Positions 63,653 through 64,000 of a stretch of DNA of 64,000 bases are shown here, piece by piece. Location of the stretch: assembly GCA_964016885.1 (NCBI GenBank), contig OZ024747.1, positions 49,166,001 through 49,230,000 on the forward strand, in the 5' to 3' direction. Position 1 is the first letter of the stretch. Every line of letters starts with the position of its first letter. Position numbers and translations under genes: made by a program. The DNA is from Eledone cirrhosa (taxonomy: Eukaryota). The notes beneath the pieces are model-generated. The model was not told the origin of the DNA, ran no database searches, and saw only the letters and a list, made by a program, of their open reading frames with translations.

Positions 63653-64000
63653 TAATTCCTAATGCTATTAATTATATTGTTACTATTATTTGGGTTTACT
63701 TCAGTTAGGTTTAATTTTAAATTTGTGTTATTAATTCTTGCAATATTCTGGGCTACATTCATAGTTGTAGAGTAAGAGAGTTTGACTGTATGTCTGTTAA
63801 AAATGGATACTTGTGGGACTTAAGAAAACATTTATCTAGAGCTTTAAAGAATTGATGTGCTAAAGGTGTCTTAATTCCTAATGATATTGAAGGTGAATAA
63901 ATTATATTTCTAGTTCTGGCTTTTTTATTTGATTTATTATTTTGGTTAAGTTGTTTAAATTCATTATTATTATAATATACTTTAGGAGGTTAGTTTATAC

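Overview
AT-rich, intron- and repeat-dominated animal genomic DNA. The SINE and RTE repertoire suggests a coleoid cephalopod, probably Octopus (inference). One host gene can be assembled by hand on the minus strand from six phase-compatible GT-AG exons (61334 to 24649; first exon not found). It encodes a single-pass Shisa-like (six-cysteine, STMC6-type) membrane adaptor with a PPPY-bearing proline-rich tail. The rest is mobile and repetitive DNA: Tx1/L1, RTE (some with a PHD-like finger inside the RT), CR1, CRE and R4/Dong-like LINE fragments; a decayed Rep/Helicase Helitron split by an RTE; two non-autonomous Helitron families; tRNA-derived SINE families; and many minisatellites. The main signal not shown in the ORF track is about nine type I hammerhead-ribozyme motifs (CTGAnGA-stem-GAAA-palindrome-UH) from several sequence families. 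They lie in short (TA)n-flanked elements, often as inverted pairs, as expected for Penelope-like pLTRs or retrozymes. Three are in the sense orientation within one intron of the host gene. Coordinates of repeats are approximate; no searches were run.
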